DNA of 64,000 bases, taken from the sequence record NC_049383.1. One strand, given 5' to 3'. A model generated the notes under the pieces. The model saw nothing but the letters and a program-made list of their open reading frames with translations, was not told the DNA's origin and did not search any database. The number at the start of each line of letters is the position of its first letter. Positions within the stretch are counted from its first letter, which is position 1. Made by a program: the position numbers and the translations under genes. Shown one piece after another: positions 48,616 to 57,428 of this stretch.

Positions 48616-50388
48616 TTATATCCAACTTCCAAATCCAGTTTCTAATGCGATAGTTAAGTAATTTAACTCAGGGTGGAATCCAGCAGGTAAAAGAGCATAT
48701 CTAGAAGCTACTAAGAACTTGATAGACATTGTTCCCTCTGGAATAGTAGTTACAGTACTTACTAAATCGTAAGGCATGAACTTTAATCCTGAATCACTTT
48801 CGTTACCTTTACGCCCAATTAATACACGAGTATCAGTCCAATCCATATTAGGGTCACAGAATACCTCTAAGTTAGCGATTTTACCTAATCTATATAATCC
48901 CGCAGTATTACCTGAAATAGTACTAGCGTGGCTGTTCACTTCTGTTAAAGAGTCAACTAATGCCGCCTTTACTTGTGAGTTAACTACAGCAAAATCACCT
49001 TCTCCCTTACGAGATAAGTTGTTGATTAATGCTTGTGCCGCAAGTAATTTAGATTGAATCTTTCTTGCTCTTGTTAATTGGTTTTCAGCAGAACTATTTG
49101 TCTCAGAATTTTTAACAGCTCCAAAAACTCCTGAACGGTCAACATCCATAATATCTTTAAACTCTCCTGTCTCAGAAGCTAAGAATCCGAATGTATTCAT
49201 TGCCTTTGTTCCTACAGATGCAGGTGCTGTAAATAAGTTCAAATCAGCACCTTTAGATACTGCCGCGCTCGCCGCAGTTGTTACACCTAACTTGAATAAA
49301 GTCTTGGTAATGTGCTTGTTAATAGATTGAGATAACTCATTTTGCGCAGCCTTAAATAACTCTGTATAAACATCGATACCATAAGCTCCTAAGTCAGTTA
49401 CTTGGTGTCTTGTAGATTCACCTTCAATTGCATATTCAACAGGAGCAACTTGCTTAGTATAGAAACGTAAACCGATTCTAGAAGTAGTTCCTTTCTCTGC
49501 AACTTCTCTTGGGTCAGGATTCTCAGTAACTTGGTCAACAGTACTTGCCGCTTGAATGTGATTATCTAAAGCAGATACGTGTTTTGCTAAGAAAGCAGAA
49601 CCTAAATGTTGGATATCTCCTGCAACAACATCACCCGCTTCATCAGTTGGTGCTAAACCTGCCTCTGCTACAGCATTCATTACAGATAATACAGAATTAG
49701 TAGTATCAGCAACGAAAGCATTAGTTGTAGCGTTATAAGAACCCGCATTTACAACTTTTAAGATTAAACTTGCATCGATACGAGATTTACCCATATAAAT
49801 ACCCTCGATAGCTAAACCGTCTTGTAAAGCTGTTCCGTTAGAAGGAGTGATATATAAAGTATTACCCTTTACTAACTTGCTATAATCTAATCCCTCAGTT
49901 CCGATGATACCACCACTTACAGAGATATAAGAAATTTTGTGTTCAGCAGAATCTAAACGACCGCCCGCATAAACGATATCTAAGAAACCGTAAGTTGTTA
50001 AAGGCATATCGATTGGAATAGTAGGTACTAAATCTAATCCGATAGTTTGCGCGGCAACGTTCATAGCGATTCCTAAACGAGCAGTTGTGAAATCAGAACC
50101 ACCTTGATAAGCCTTATCCATAGATTGACCAACTGTACCATTTGGATTTTGTGGGTTTACAAAACTACCCATAGTTGGCATCTGTGCAGGAGTTGTTGCA
50201 CCGTAAGATTCTAAAATGTTCTGTCCTTGTAATAACGGACTTCCGTTAGCGTGGATAGATTCTGTAATTGCACAAATTTTAGCAATTGTTTCTAATTTTT
50301 GTTGATTCTCAACACCTGTAGATTCAGTAATTAATGCACCGAATTTTTCCTTTGCTACAGATGGATTAATTTTTTGATATTTTACCAT
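48616..50388 (-). CDS. major capsid protein (T4 gp23-like, 590 aa)
   Basis: AQTIGLDLVPTIPIDMP, GIDVYTELFKAAQNELSQSINKHI, GRKG..SDSGLKFMPY and SRYAL follow gp23; strongly biased codon usage. Confidence 0.92.
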   Translation of the reverse strand: MVKYQKINPSVAKEKFGALITESTGVENQQKLETIAKICAITESIHANGSPLLQGQNILESYGATTPAQMPTMGSFVNPQNPNGTVGQSMDKAYQGGSDFTTARLGIAMNVAAQTIGLDLVPTIPIDMPLTTYGFLDIVYAGGRLDSAEHKISYISVSGGIIGTEGLDYSKLVKGNTLYITPSNGTALQDGLAIEGIYMGKSRIDASLILKVVNAGSYNATTNAFVADTTNSVLSVMNAVAEAGLAPTDEAGDVVAGDIQHLGSAFLAKHVSALDNHIQAASTVDQVTENPDPREVAEKGTTSRIGLRFYTKQVAPVEYAIEGESTRHQVTDLGAYGIDVYTELFKAAQNELSQSINKHITKTLFKLGVTTAASAAVSKGADLNLFTAPASVGTKAMNTFGFLASETGEFKDIMDVDRSGVFGAVKNSETNSSAENQLTRARKIQSKLLAAQALINNLSRKGEGDFAVVNSQVKAALVDSLTEVNSHASTISGNTAGLYRLGKIANLEVFCDPNMDWTDTRVLIGRKGNESDSGLKFMPYDLVSTVTTIPEGTMSIKFLVASRYALLPAGFHPELNYLTIALETGFGSWI

Positions 50389-50435
50389 TTGTTTTTTAAA
50401 ATTTAGTGTCCTTTCAGACTTTGTTTATAATTTAC

Positions 50436-52019
50436 TTATTTTTGTAGTGATTTAGCCCATTGCACTAATGGATTGTTCACAACTTCACTCGACTTTGATT
50501 CGTTAATGTTTTCTTGAATCGCTTTAACGTTATTATTATTAAAACGTCCAATCCAAAAACGTGTCATTTGACTTTCATTTACGAACTCTCTACTCTCAGC
50601 TTGCTCAAAAACAAAGTTTTTAAACTCTTCTGTAGAAGATTCCCATAAATGTTTAACGGTGTTTGGCATTGCTTCAAGTAACGTTTGTTTTTTCTCTTCG
50701 GCTTCCGTGATTTGCTTTTGCTTCTCAACTTCAACAGCCTCATTCACTAAACGCTCCTTTTCTTTAGCTCTAGTCATAGATTCAAGTTGCTCTTCAATTC
50801 TTTCAGATAATGACTTCTGTTCACCACCCTCATTGATTTGCTCTTCTTGATTCTCATTTATTGATTCATCAACTTGTTTACCATCGTTTGGTTTATCGTC
50901 TTCTTTAGACTTATCACCACCATCGTTAGTATCTACTTCTTCTTTAGCTTTATCACCATTTTTAGTATCTTCATTTGCATTTTCTTCTTCTTCTTCCTCA
51001 GTCTCATTTTTAGACTCTAATAATGCTTTAAAATCATCATTTAGAGACTCTAAGAACCAACCTTGGATAGCAGGCGCAAACTCATTTACAGTCCATTTTT
51101 GATAAGCCATCGCAGACTCATTTTGTGCTTCCATAACCTCTTCCATAATCTGAGGTCGGAAATGCTCATTTAAGTAGTTTAATTGATTTGGTGCAAATTC
51201 TTTGATTACCCAGTTTTGAGTAGCTCTACCAAATTTAACCATTGACTCGTGAAGTAAGTTTTGCATCTTTAATTCAGATTTCTCGATAATCTTTGTTAAG
51301 TTTTCATTGAAGAATTTCTCAACAATATCTAAATCTAAATTTTGTGAACTCTCAGTAACTAACTCAGCTTTTAACTCAGCTTTTAACGACTCCTTTAATG
51401 CCTCAACATCAATAGACTCTGTTACTTGTTTTTCTTCACCATCCAATGAATAACAAGCTGTCTCAATTATATATGTTTCACCTTCAACTTCTGACTCCAT
51501 TACATCAACCACAGCTTGTGAAAACCCTGGTTTGTAAACTAAATCAAACGTCTCTAAAACACTCAATTTCACCTCTTTAGATTCGGTTACAACACCTTTA
51601 CCTCTAGATGAAATCTTTAATTTAAGACCTCTTTTTACAAGCTTTTGCATTAACTTACCTTTATCAGTATCTAATAAAAGAATAGTTCCTGTTACAACAC
51701 CACTTTCACTAATATTAATAGATTCAAGTTTGTGTGATACATTATCCCATGTTAATTGCATTGTTTTTGGATGCTCAACTTCACCAAAAACAGCTTCATT
51801 TTGCATTCTAGCTTGTAATGACTCAACAACAGACTTGTAATTATCATAAGAATAAAAACGATTGTTGTTGTTCATAACTCCTGTTACACCAAATACACCA
51901 CTTAAACGCATACATCCATCAGGAACTTCACCTAGTGATTCATTGAATTTCGAATCTTTAGCACTCTCTAAAATTAAAGAGTTGGTCTTATTCAATGAAA
52001 TAATTACTTGTTCTTTCAT
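50436..52019 (-). CDS. prohead core protease (gp21-like) fused to scaffold-like coiled coil
   Basis: LSGVFG...NNNNRFY...FGEVEHP...ISSRGKG...FDLVYKPGFSQA protease motifs in the first ~175 aa; acidic helical remainder with many xxES sites. Confidence 0.88.
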   Translation of the reverse strand: MKEQVIISLNKTNSLILESAKDSKFNESLGEVPDGCMRLSGVFGVTGVMNNNNRFYSYDNYKSVVESLQARMQNEAVFGEVEHPKTMQLTWDNVSHKLESINISESGVVTGTILLLDTDKGKLMQKLVKRGLKLKISSRGKGVVTESKEVKLSVLETFDLVYKPGFSQAVVDVMESEVEGETYIIETACYSLDGEEKQVTESIDVEALKESLKAELKAELVTESSQNLDLDIVEKFFNENLTKIIEKSELKMQNLLHESMVKFGRATQNWVIKEFAPNQLNYLNEHFRPQIMEEVMEAQNESAMAYQKWTVNEFAPAIQGWFLESLNDDFKALLESKNETEEEEEENANEDTKNGDKAKEEVDTNDGGDKSKEDDKPNDGKQVDESINENQEEQINEGGEQKSLSERIEEQLESMTRAKEKERLVNEAVEVEKQKQITEAEEKKQTLLEAMPNTVKHLWESSTEEFKNFVFEQAESREFVNESQMTRFWIGRFNNNNVKAIQENINESKSSEVVNNPLVQWAKSLQK

Positions 52020-52113
52020 GTATAATACTTTTTAAGTTTATATATTTGTTTATTATATATATGGTAGAAAGAACAAATGTACCGAGAAGATATAGGGGCG
52101 ATTTTTAGACAAT

Positions 52114-52145
52114 AAAAAACCGTAGAACTTTTTGTTCTACGGTTT
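52114..52145. terminator. intrinsic terminator
   Basis: aaaccgtagaac-ttttt-gttctacggttt with A-tract on the left. Confidence 0.8.
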
Positions 52146-52199
52146 GAAGTAAACATAATCAATTTTTAACCCCTAATAAAAAATGAAATGTTATTTGAA

Positions 52200-52304
52200 T
52201 TAGTTTCCTAATGCGTAAGAAGCACCTTTACCACAATCTTTTAAAAATTCTTTAAATGCTTTAAAAACTCTTCTTAATTCAATGTTAAATTTTTTCATAA
52301 TCAT
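52200..52304 (-). CDS. small peptide (34 aa), not in ORF track
   Basis: Manual translation MIMKKFNIELRRVFKAFKEFLKDCGKGASYALGN; has its own promoter (52350) and terminator (52114). Confidence 0.7.
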   Translation of the reverse strand: MIMKKFNIELRRVFKAFKEFLKDCGKGASYALGN

Positions 52305-52349
52305 TTAATTTTAATGTTTTTAATCCCCGTAATTAAAATAATTACAGTA

Positions 52350-52357
52350 CAAATATA
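52350..52357 (-). promoter_or_regulatory. Bacteroidota -7 promoter element
   Basis: TATATTTG on the minus strand, 45 nt upstream of the small ORF; -33 TTG missing, tandem repeats begin in that region. Confidence 0.6.
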
Positions 52358-52378
52358 TTAACTATTTATTATTTAAAG

Positions 52379-52417
52379 TGTTAAATAAATGTTAAATAAA
52401 TGTTAAATAAATGTTAA
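52379..52417. repeat. 11-bp tandem repeat (tgttaaataaa x3 plus tgttaa)
   Basis: TGTTAA at 52379, 52390, 52401 and 52412. Confidence 0.9.
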
Positions 52418-52424
52418 AGTTAAA

Positions 52425-52442
52425 AAGCCCCTTTCGGGGCTT
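52425..52442 (-). terminator. intrinsic terminator
   Basis: aagcccc-GAAA-ggggctt plus U-tract on the minus strand, after the stop of 52446..54182. Confidence 0.85.
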
Positions 52443-52445
52443 GTT

Positions 52446-54182
52446 TTATAATAATCCTGATAATGAATAATCATCACCAAAAATTAAAAGCTGTCTTTTA
52501 CCAGTATCATGAATAATATCATGTGCGTGTGCATGACTAGACATACCTTTTCTTGTATAATGTTGTTTTAAAGTAGCACTTAAACCTACACAATGACTAC
52601 CATTCATAATTGACGGACTGTGAGTGTGTGCAGTAGTTGTCTTACTACCCGATGATGCGAATTGTTTAACAGTTCCTTTAGAACCATTTGTGCCACTCTC
52701 ACCATGAGACGATATAACAATACCATTAATACGAACAGTTCTACCACATTCAATATAGTCAACATACTTTTTATTTTCATACCTCTTATTAACAAGATAT
52801 CCAAATAAGCACCCGTGTTCTGTTAAATCAGTAGATTGCATTATACTAGCATATTCTAAATATGTTGCGGAATTGTGTAAATCCTTCTTCCAATCCATAT
52901 CATTAATGTGTCTATCTAAGAACCAATCGTGATTCGATTCAATAACCAATATCTTATCACATTTGAAATCCTTCTTAACCATTTTCGGAAACTCTACAGC
53001 TTGCTCAACCTCATCTTTAATTAAGAATTTGCCTTGTAAAATCTTTTGACGCTGTAAATAATAATCACGTCTCTCATGTGGATTAAACCTATAACCATCT
53101 AAAACATCATGTAAAACAACATTTTTAGGTCTTAAAGATTTTGTTAATCTCTTTGTAGCTTCATATAACTTCATATCTAAAAGCTCTCTATGAATATCAC
53201 CCATTACCAAACCATCAACTTTTTTAATGATTGTGTGTTCACCATCCTTAATTCTAATATTCAAATCTGTGAATGTTCCATCAGTATCAGCAGAAACAGA
53301 ACGAGGAATATAACAAGTGTCTTTATCCTTCTTTTCAATGATTGTAAATCCATATGTGTGATTAAAGAATCCATCATCACCAGTTAATGAACGAGAATAA
53401 TTCTTAACACTTAATGCACCTGTAGATGCTCTAACTCTCAATGCATCACCTCTAAAACGTGGTGCTGTTTCTAAATGTATTCTAGGTGAACCAACAACTA
53501 AATGGTTATTTCCTGCGTGTGATGGCATACCTTTTAATGGTTCTTTCTTTGTTGGTCTAATATGTGAATCAGAAGAAATTACACAATCACCAAATTGAAT
53601 TTTATTATAGAATAAATATTTATCAACTTCAACATCCCACCATTGCATCCTAGCGTGTTTCTTAGATAATTGTTCAGCAGGACTCGTTGGATTTCTGTAT
53701 CTAGTAGGTATTACAATAATTTGAGCTTTCTTGTTAAATTTTTCTTTAAGAACTTCAATATATGTTTTGATATTTCCCCAAAGCTTATAATTTAAAGCTG
53801 TGGTGTTTTGTGCGGATGTAACGATTAAAATATCAGTATCTTCATCTATATTTCTTAATTGCGCTCGTTGTAGTTGAGGTGGTAATTTTGAAGCAGGTTT
53901 TGATAATTCTAGTTTAACCCACCATTCTCTAATGGTTCTGTCAGTAACACCAAATTTCTTTGTGAGTTTCTCACACTTCTCAACATGATTCAAATCATCA
54001 GAATAATAAATGGTTGTTATATACTGTATATCTTCATCTGTAAGTTTTCTGAAACCTTTCTTTGCGGTCTTTGAAATCTTAACATCATTTTCAATTCCGT
54101 TATTTGATTCTTTAGATTTTTTAGCCTTGGCTTTATTGTTATTTGATTTAACTTTAGCCTTGCTATCAGTCTTTTTACTCAT
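52446..54182 (-). CDS. HTH-fused calcineurin-like metallophosphoesterase (578 aa)
   Basis: N-terminal HTH (CEKLTKKFGVTDRTIREW); C-terminal GDIH, HDVLDG, SNHD, SHGE and HTHS motifs. Confidence 0.75.
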   Translation of the reverse strand: MSKKTDSKAKVKSNNNKAKAKKSKESNNGIENDVKISKTAKKGFRKLTDEDIQYITTIYYSDDLNHVEKCEKLTKKFGVTDRTIREWWVKLELSKPASKLPPQLQRAQLRNIDEDTDILIVTSAQNTTALNYKLWGNIKTYIEVLKEKFNKKAQIIVIPTRYRNPTSPAEQLSKKHARMQWWDVEVDKYLFYNKIQFGDCVISSDSHIRPTKKEPLKGMPSHAGNNHLVVGSPRIHLETAPRFRGDALRVRASTGALSVKNYSRSLTGDDGFFNHTYGFTIIEKKDKDTCYIPRSVSADTDGTFTDLNIRIKDGEHTIIKKVDGLVMGDIHRELLDMKLYEATKRLTKSLRPKNVVLHDVLDGYRFNPHERRDYYLQRQKILQGKFLIKDEVEQAVEFPKMVKKDFKCDKILVIESNHDWFLDRHINDMDWKKDLHNSATYLEYASIMQSTDLTEHGCLFGYLVNKRYENKKYVDYIECGRTVRINGIVISSHGESGTNGSKGTVKQFASSGSKTTTAHTHSPSIMNGSHCVGLSATLKQHYTRKGMSSHAHAHDIIHDTGKRQLLIFGDDYSLSGLL

Positions 54183-54226
54183 ATTTTATATTTGTTTTTT
54201 GATTTTACATATTCGTAATTTTTTTA

Positions 54227-54258
54227 CAAAAGTATAATAAAAATCTATATAAAACAAA
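54227..54258 (-). promoter_or_regulatory. Bacteroidota sigma-A type promoter
   Basis: TTTG (54255-54258), 20-nt spacer, TACTTTTG (54227-54234) on the minus strand; 44 nt upstream of ATG 54182. Confidence 0.65.
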
Positions 54259-54287
54259 AAAGATTGTAGAATTTCTACAATCTTTTT
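54256..54287. terminator. intrinsic terminator after the portal gene
   Basis: aaaaagattgtagaa-t-ttctacaatcttttt. Confidence 0.75.
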
Positions 54288-54331
54288 AAGACATACACCA
54301 AAAACGAAATATATTTCATTTTATGTTTTTA

Positions 54332-56083
54332 TTAGAATCCGAAGTTTAAATCATCACCACCACCACCATCAGGATTGTCAGGGTCTTCATTAAATTCGTC
54401 AAACTCTATTTCAAGACCAAACTTTGCTCTTGTTTGTTTTATTTTACGTTCCATTAATAATTTCTTTTCGATTGACTCCAATCTCAATTTATCAATGTAT
54501 TTTATTTCTTCTTCTGTAAAACCTGCATATTCCTTCATAGCATACTCAATAGGCATCCAAGGAATAGTATCTCCATCAGGTGTATCTATTGTTAACTTAT
54601 CAGTAATTTCAGAAATGAAATCAAATTTAGCCTTTAATAATTCCTGTCTAATCATCATTGATAATTCAGAATCGGAATTAAAATCCAAATATATGTTTTC
54701 AGCTAAATCAGGCTCATTATGTAAATAAGGATATTCCAAAATAAGTTGATAAGTTAAAGGTATCAATAATATCTTACCATATATGTTTTGAATTTTCCTT
54801 TTGAATTTATCAAATCCTATTTCCTCGATATAAACTGATGTAGGGTCATAGTTCCAAGTGTCCTGACCACCTTTTTCAAATCTATTAAAAGGCATCATTG
54901 TTGAACTATAAAACTTATTTTTCATATACTCATTCGGTTCCATATTCTGCATATCGAATCCCTCACCACCTAATACAGTAACTTCGGGTGTACCACTATC
55001 ACCATTAGATAAGAAAATATCTTTACTCATTGGTAAATTTGTAGTACCGTTCACAGATACATCACCTGAATATGAGTCGAAATTATAATCATCTTTGTAT
55101 AATTCCATAGTCATACTTACAGTTTGTTCTGAACGGTTACGACCTTGTGTTTGTGTAGGAATAGAATACATTGTCCTATATGTAGAATTAGTAACAGCCC
55201 AAATAATCTTTGTCTCATCAATAACACGCATCATGTTATATGGCTTAATAAGACCTTCCAAATAAGATGTTGTTTCATTTTCTTCCATATCATCAGACCA
55301 ACTCAAATAGATAATCTCATGGTCGAATAATACAGTACCATCACCCGAATAATTATTAAGGAAATTTGAAGCACCCATCACATTTTGTTGAATATCTGTA
55401 GTCGATTTGGGTCTATGAATCCAAAATCTTTGACCCCTTTCATAATAAGGTTCTAAAGTGTTAACATCAACCTCTACAAAGTGATGAATCTTTTTTGGAT
55501 TTGTTGGGTTATCATAAATTATGAACCATGCCTTTCTCCCATACTTTAGGAATTGATACATTTTTTGCCAAGCACCATCACCACTCAATCCCATTTTACG
55601 AACAAAATCAGAGAAGTTTAAATCTAGGTTTTCTTTAACCTTTTCTAAAACTTCCTTTTTAAAACCTAACTGTCTAAGTCTATCATCATGAATTTTTGGT
55701 TCAGCGAATGAAGGAATTTCTTTTGAAGTTATGATAAGCTCATTACATAATTTTGTTAAAACCTCTTTAATTTCAGGTTTTGATGCAATATCATCATAAT
55801 AGTTAGTCTTTCTTTCGTGTTCAAGGTTTTGAAAACCTTTGTTTTTATTTCTTTCAGATAGTAATTTTTTATGGCGAATTAATGTAGAATAAATTTCTTC
55901 ATCTTCTATACGAAAATCCTTTGCTTGAACTCCTTGCTTATCTTTTCTATGTAAATCCTTTTTTGAGTATGATGTCATATCAGTATTGAAATTACTAAAT
56001 AACTTACTCAATTTCTCTCTACGGTTGTCTCTAAGTTTATCTAGATTACTAACCCCCGCAAGTAAATGTTGTTTATTACTCAA
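54332..56083 (-). CDS. portal protein (T4 gp20-like, 583 aa)
   Basis: SYLEGLIKPYNMMRVIDETKIIWAVTNS...SKDIFL...GTPEVTVLGG...YMKNKFYSSTMMPFNRF...EEIGFDKF follows gp20 conserved blocks. Confidence 0.9.
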   Translation of the reverse strand: MSNKQHLLAGVSNLDKLRDNRREKLSKLFSNFNTDMTSYSKKDLHRKDKQGVQAKDFRIEDEEIYSTLIRHKKLLSERNKNKGFQNLEHERKTNYYDDIASKPEIKEVLTKLCNELIITSKEIPSFAEPKIHDDRLRQLGFKKEVLEKVKENLDLNFSDFVRKMGLSGDGAWQKMYQFLKYGRKAWFIIYDNPTNPKKIHHFVEVDVNTLEPYYERGQRFWIHRPKSTTDIQQNVMGASNFLNNYSGDGTVLFDHEIIYLSWSDDMEENETTSYLEGLIKPYNMMRVIDETKIIWAVTNSTYRTMYSIPTQTQGRNRSEQTVSMTMELYKDDYNFDSYSGDVSVNGTTNLPMSKDIFLSNGDSGTPEVTVLGGEGFDMQNMEPNEYMKNKFYSSTMMPFNRFEKGGQDTWNYDPTSVYIEEIGFDKFKRKIQNIYGKILLIPLTYQLILEYPYLHNEPDLAENIYLDFNSDSELSMMIRQELLKAKFDFISEITDKLTIDTPDGDTIPWMPIEYAMKEYAGFTEEEIKYIDKLRLESIEKKLLMERKIKQTRAKFGLEIEFDEFNEDPDNPDGGGGDDLNFGF

Positions 56084-56138
56084 TTTGATTAATTTTTATG
56101 ATTAATATTTCTTTTTGGTGTCTTAGTGTATATATAGT

Positions 56139-56885
56139 TTATACGTTAAAACCTTGTTTTGATGCAAGTCGTCTAGTTGCTGATGTCTTACCCTTAGTTA
56201 TAAATTTCTTCCATTCCCTCTCCAATTCAATCTCGTTAATTTTTTTATATTCTTTAGACGGTAACCAAATAGCACGCTCCCATTCAATATGAGGAAACTT
56301 CACAGTCTTTTTTCGCAAACTAGGTATATACATTCTCACAGCAAATTCAACACCTAACTGTTTAGTCATACTTTTTATAGTTCTCCAATCTAGATAAAAA
56401 ACAGTATCAACACCTTGTTTCATTGCTTTATTATACTGAATCTTATACATTTTATAAACCATAAACAATACAGACTGTCTAATTTTAGGTGGTAATAAAT
56501 GTAAATTAATCCCAACTTCCCTAACACCCAACTTTGTTTTCTTTTGTCCGATACACAAAACCAAAGGTTGAGTATCATAGAAATCCAAAACATCCTCATA
56601 TTTCGGGGTATCATAATTAAACATATAAAGCATTGAAGGTTCTAACATTTTACCTTGATACTTCGCTTTAGGGTCTGTTCTAAGATATTTATTGAACCAT
56701 TCAACAGCTTTTCTATTCCTTTGCGCTCTATTTCGAATAGAACCGATTTCATTATTATGCATAGAATCCCACATATTGTAATCATCAGTATATCCCTTTT
56801 GATTGAAATACTGAGAAACTGCATTTATAAATCTATCAAATCTAGAACGTATATTTTTTATTCCACTAAATCGTTTTTTAGCCAT
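56139..56885 (-). CDS. DNA end protector protein (T4 gp2-like)
   Basis: LYMFNYDTPK...FYDTQPLV...GINLHLLPP...EWERAIWLPS matches the gp2 pattern. Confidence 0.8.
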   Translation of the reverse strand: MAKKRFSGIKNIRSRFDRFINAVSQYFNQKGYTDDYNMWDSMHNNEIGSIRNRAQRNRKAVEWFNKYLRTDPKAKYQGKMLEPSMLYMFNYDTPKYEDVLDFYDTQPLVLCIGQKKTKLGVREVGINLHLLPPKIRQSVLFMVYKMYKIQYNKAMKQGVDTVFYLDWRTIKSMTKQLGVEFAVRMYIPSLRKKTVKFPHIEWERAIWLPSKEYKKINEIELEREWKKFITKGKTSATRRLASKQGFNV

Positions 56886-56983
56886 TGTGTTTTTTTTGTT
56901 TTAATTAATATAACAATTGAAATCAAATTTTATCCTAATTTTATGTATTTTCAAATGTTAATTTATCTATGAAAAATATTAAG

Positions 56984-57137
56984 TTTATTTATGTTATTTG
57001 TATTTATAATATATAAAGGAAAATGCACCTAGGTACATTTTCACTGATTTTCTTTCAACGAAAAATGCGTTTTACTGAGAATCTTCCAAAGAATTTGTTA
57101 AAATATTGTCACTACAATAAAGTTTGCATATGTTGTA
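56984..57137. repeat. dispersed intergenic repeat, copy 2 (154 bp)
   Basis: Gapless ~88% match to 17559-17712, same orientation, also ~100 bp upstream of a minus-strand start codon. Confidence 0.95.
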
Positions 57138-57367
57138 TCGTTTACCAGTATAAACCACGAAAAAAATTACACTAAGTTTACGTTCCCTTAACATTAAATT
57201 TACATTAAACGACTTAAACATTTAATAATCAAATAATTATGAAAATTGTTAAAAATGTTAAAATTTTTCACTTATTAACATTAACTTAACATTCGCTAGA
57301 ATTTCGCTATTTTCTTAACATTAAATTAACATTGGAAAATGGTCGTTTTTGGGTCATTTTTTATATA

Positions 57368-57405
57368 AAAAGTGGCTTTACGAATTAAATCAGAAAGCCA
57401 CTTTT
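57368..57405. terminator. intrinsic terminator
   Basis: aaaagtggcttt-14-nt loop-aaagccactttt downstream of 57429..61865. Confidence 0.7.
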
Positions 57406-57428
57406 AAGATACAAAAAGTATCGACAAA

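Noticed and set aside
51358-51386. Short repeat ttaactcagctt in the protease/scaffold gene
   Set aside because: Only two units, encoding LKAELKAEL; ordinary coiled-coil low complexity.
2688-56972. Short opposite-strand or nested ORFs in the track (e.g. 2688..2948, 3602..3829, 9584..9913, 21148..21444, 29598..30074, 44227..44556, 54375..54728)
   Set aside because: They lie within longer, well-supported genes and have the Ser/Phe/Leu/Ile-rich composition typical of shadow frames.
57022-57174. Plus-strand Cys-rich ORF starting in the repeat (MHLGTFSLIFFQRKMRFTENLPKNLLKYCHYNKVCICCIVY...)
   Set aside because: The same frame in copy 1 stops after 12 codons and the substitutions are not mainly synonymous, so the repeat is probably non-coding.
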